Source of the DNA: Takakia lepidozioides | Lineage: Eukaryota; Plantae; Bryophyta | Direction: 5' to 3' | Assembly: GCA_030704615.1 (NCBI GenBank) | Contig: CM060733.1 | Coordinates: 45,508,001-45,572,000 of the forward strand | Length of the DNA stretch: 64,000 nucleotides | In this document: piece by piece, positions 63,338-64,000 of the stretch | How positions within the stretch are numbered: position 1 is the stretch's first letter | Layout of the letters: every line of letters begins with the position of its first letter | Position numbers and translations under genes: made by a program | Notes under the pieces: model-generated | The model's database searches: none | What the model was told of the DNA's origin: nothing | Seen by the model: only the letters and a program-made list of their open reading frames with translations

Positions 63338-63958
63338 AAGCTGAAACAGTGTGCGGCAACGCACACTGTTTGAGCCCCCCATTTTGCTTGTTTTTTGATG
63401 TGCAAAATGGCCACATAGGGCCACTATGGCACGTTCAATCCACCCCGAATTGGAAGCTCAAACAGTGTGCGGCAACACACATTGTTTGAGCCCCCCTTAT
63501 GCCTTGTTTTTTGGTTTGGAAATGGTGCACACACGGGCCTCTCTGTCCGGTTCAATCCATCCCTATTACGAAGCTCAAACAGTGTGCACCAACGCACACT
63601 GATCGAGCCCCCCTTCTCATTGTTTTTTCCAAAATAAAATCGTCTAGACAGGGTATCTCTATGAGGTTCAATCAACAATTTCATGGCAGCTCCAACAGTG
63701 TGCGTAAATGTACACTGTTTGAGCCCACCTTGTCATTGTTTTTTTCATTTGGAAATCGGCCTCATAGGGCATATCTTTCAGGTTCAATGCACACTTACCT
63801 GGCAGCTCCAGCAGTGTGCGTCAACGCACACTGTTTGAGCCCACCTTATCATTGTTTTTTTCATTTGGAAATCGGCCTCATAGGGCATCTCTTTGAGCTT
63901 CAATGCACACTTACCTGGCAGCTCCAGCAGTGTGCGTCAACGCACACTGTTTGAGCCC
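63338..63958. repeat. Family C palindrome array GCTCAAACAGTGTGCG-N4-CGCACACTGTTTGAGC, 116-bp period
   Basis: Centres at 63357, 63473, 63590, 63706, 63822 and 63938. Confidence 0.9.
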
Positions 63959-64000
63959 ACCTTGTCATTGTTTTTTTTCATGTGAAAATCGGCCACATAG

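Larger units (their letters stand above)
60301..64000. mobile_element. Mutator-like element family C (internally deleted, runs off the window)
   Basis: CGTGAGC/GCTCACG short repeats at 60320-60410, a related transposase remnant, and a distinct palindrome array upstream of it. Left boundary uncertain. Confidence 0.6.

Overview
Eukaryotic, almost certainly land-plant DNA (TIR-NB-ARC-LRR locus, GT-AG introns, MULE/CACTA/LINE/LTR elements); the species cannot be identified. The window is dominated by large (~14.5 kb) Mutator-like DNA transposons of three related families (here A, B, C). Families A and B have short imperfect TIRs with CATGAGC subterminal repeats, and family B shows 8-9 bp TSDs. 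The transposase has a GCM-like Zn domain, a DDE core and a SWIM finger. Family B also carries a divergently oriented, intron-containing gene predicted to fuse a ParB/Srx-like domain (VWDGNHRL) to a bacterial/phage-type beta-class amino-DNA-methyltransferase-like domain, plus a head-to-head pair of unknown paralogous ORFs. Each family has its own array of palindromes upstream of the transposase, at near-integral helical spacing (53 bp in A and B, 116 bp in C). Together these suggest a transposon-encoded, site-specific DNA-binding/modification (possibly anti-silencing) system; this is the main candidate novel system and its function is inference only. One B copy is nested in a palindrome of another, and that host copy is split by an apparent ~46 kb inversion (6506-52811). 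The middle of the window holds a frameshifted TNL gene with a hugely expanded LRR array, two copies of a tail-less APE-RT LINE, CACTA remnants and an LTR fragment.
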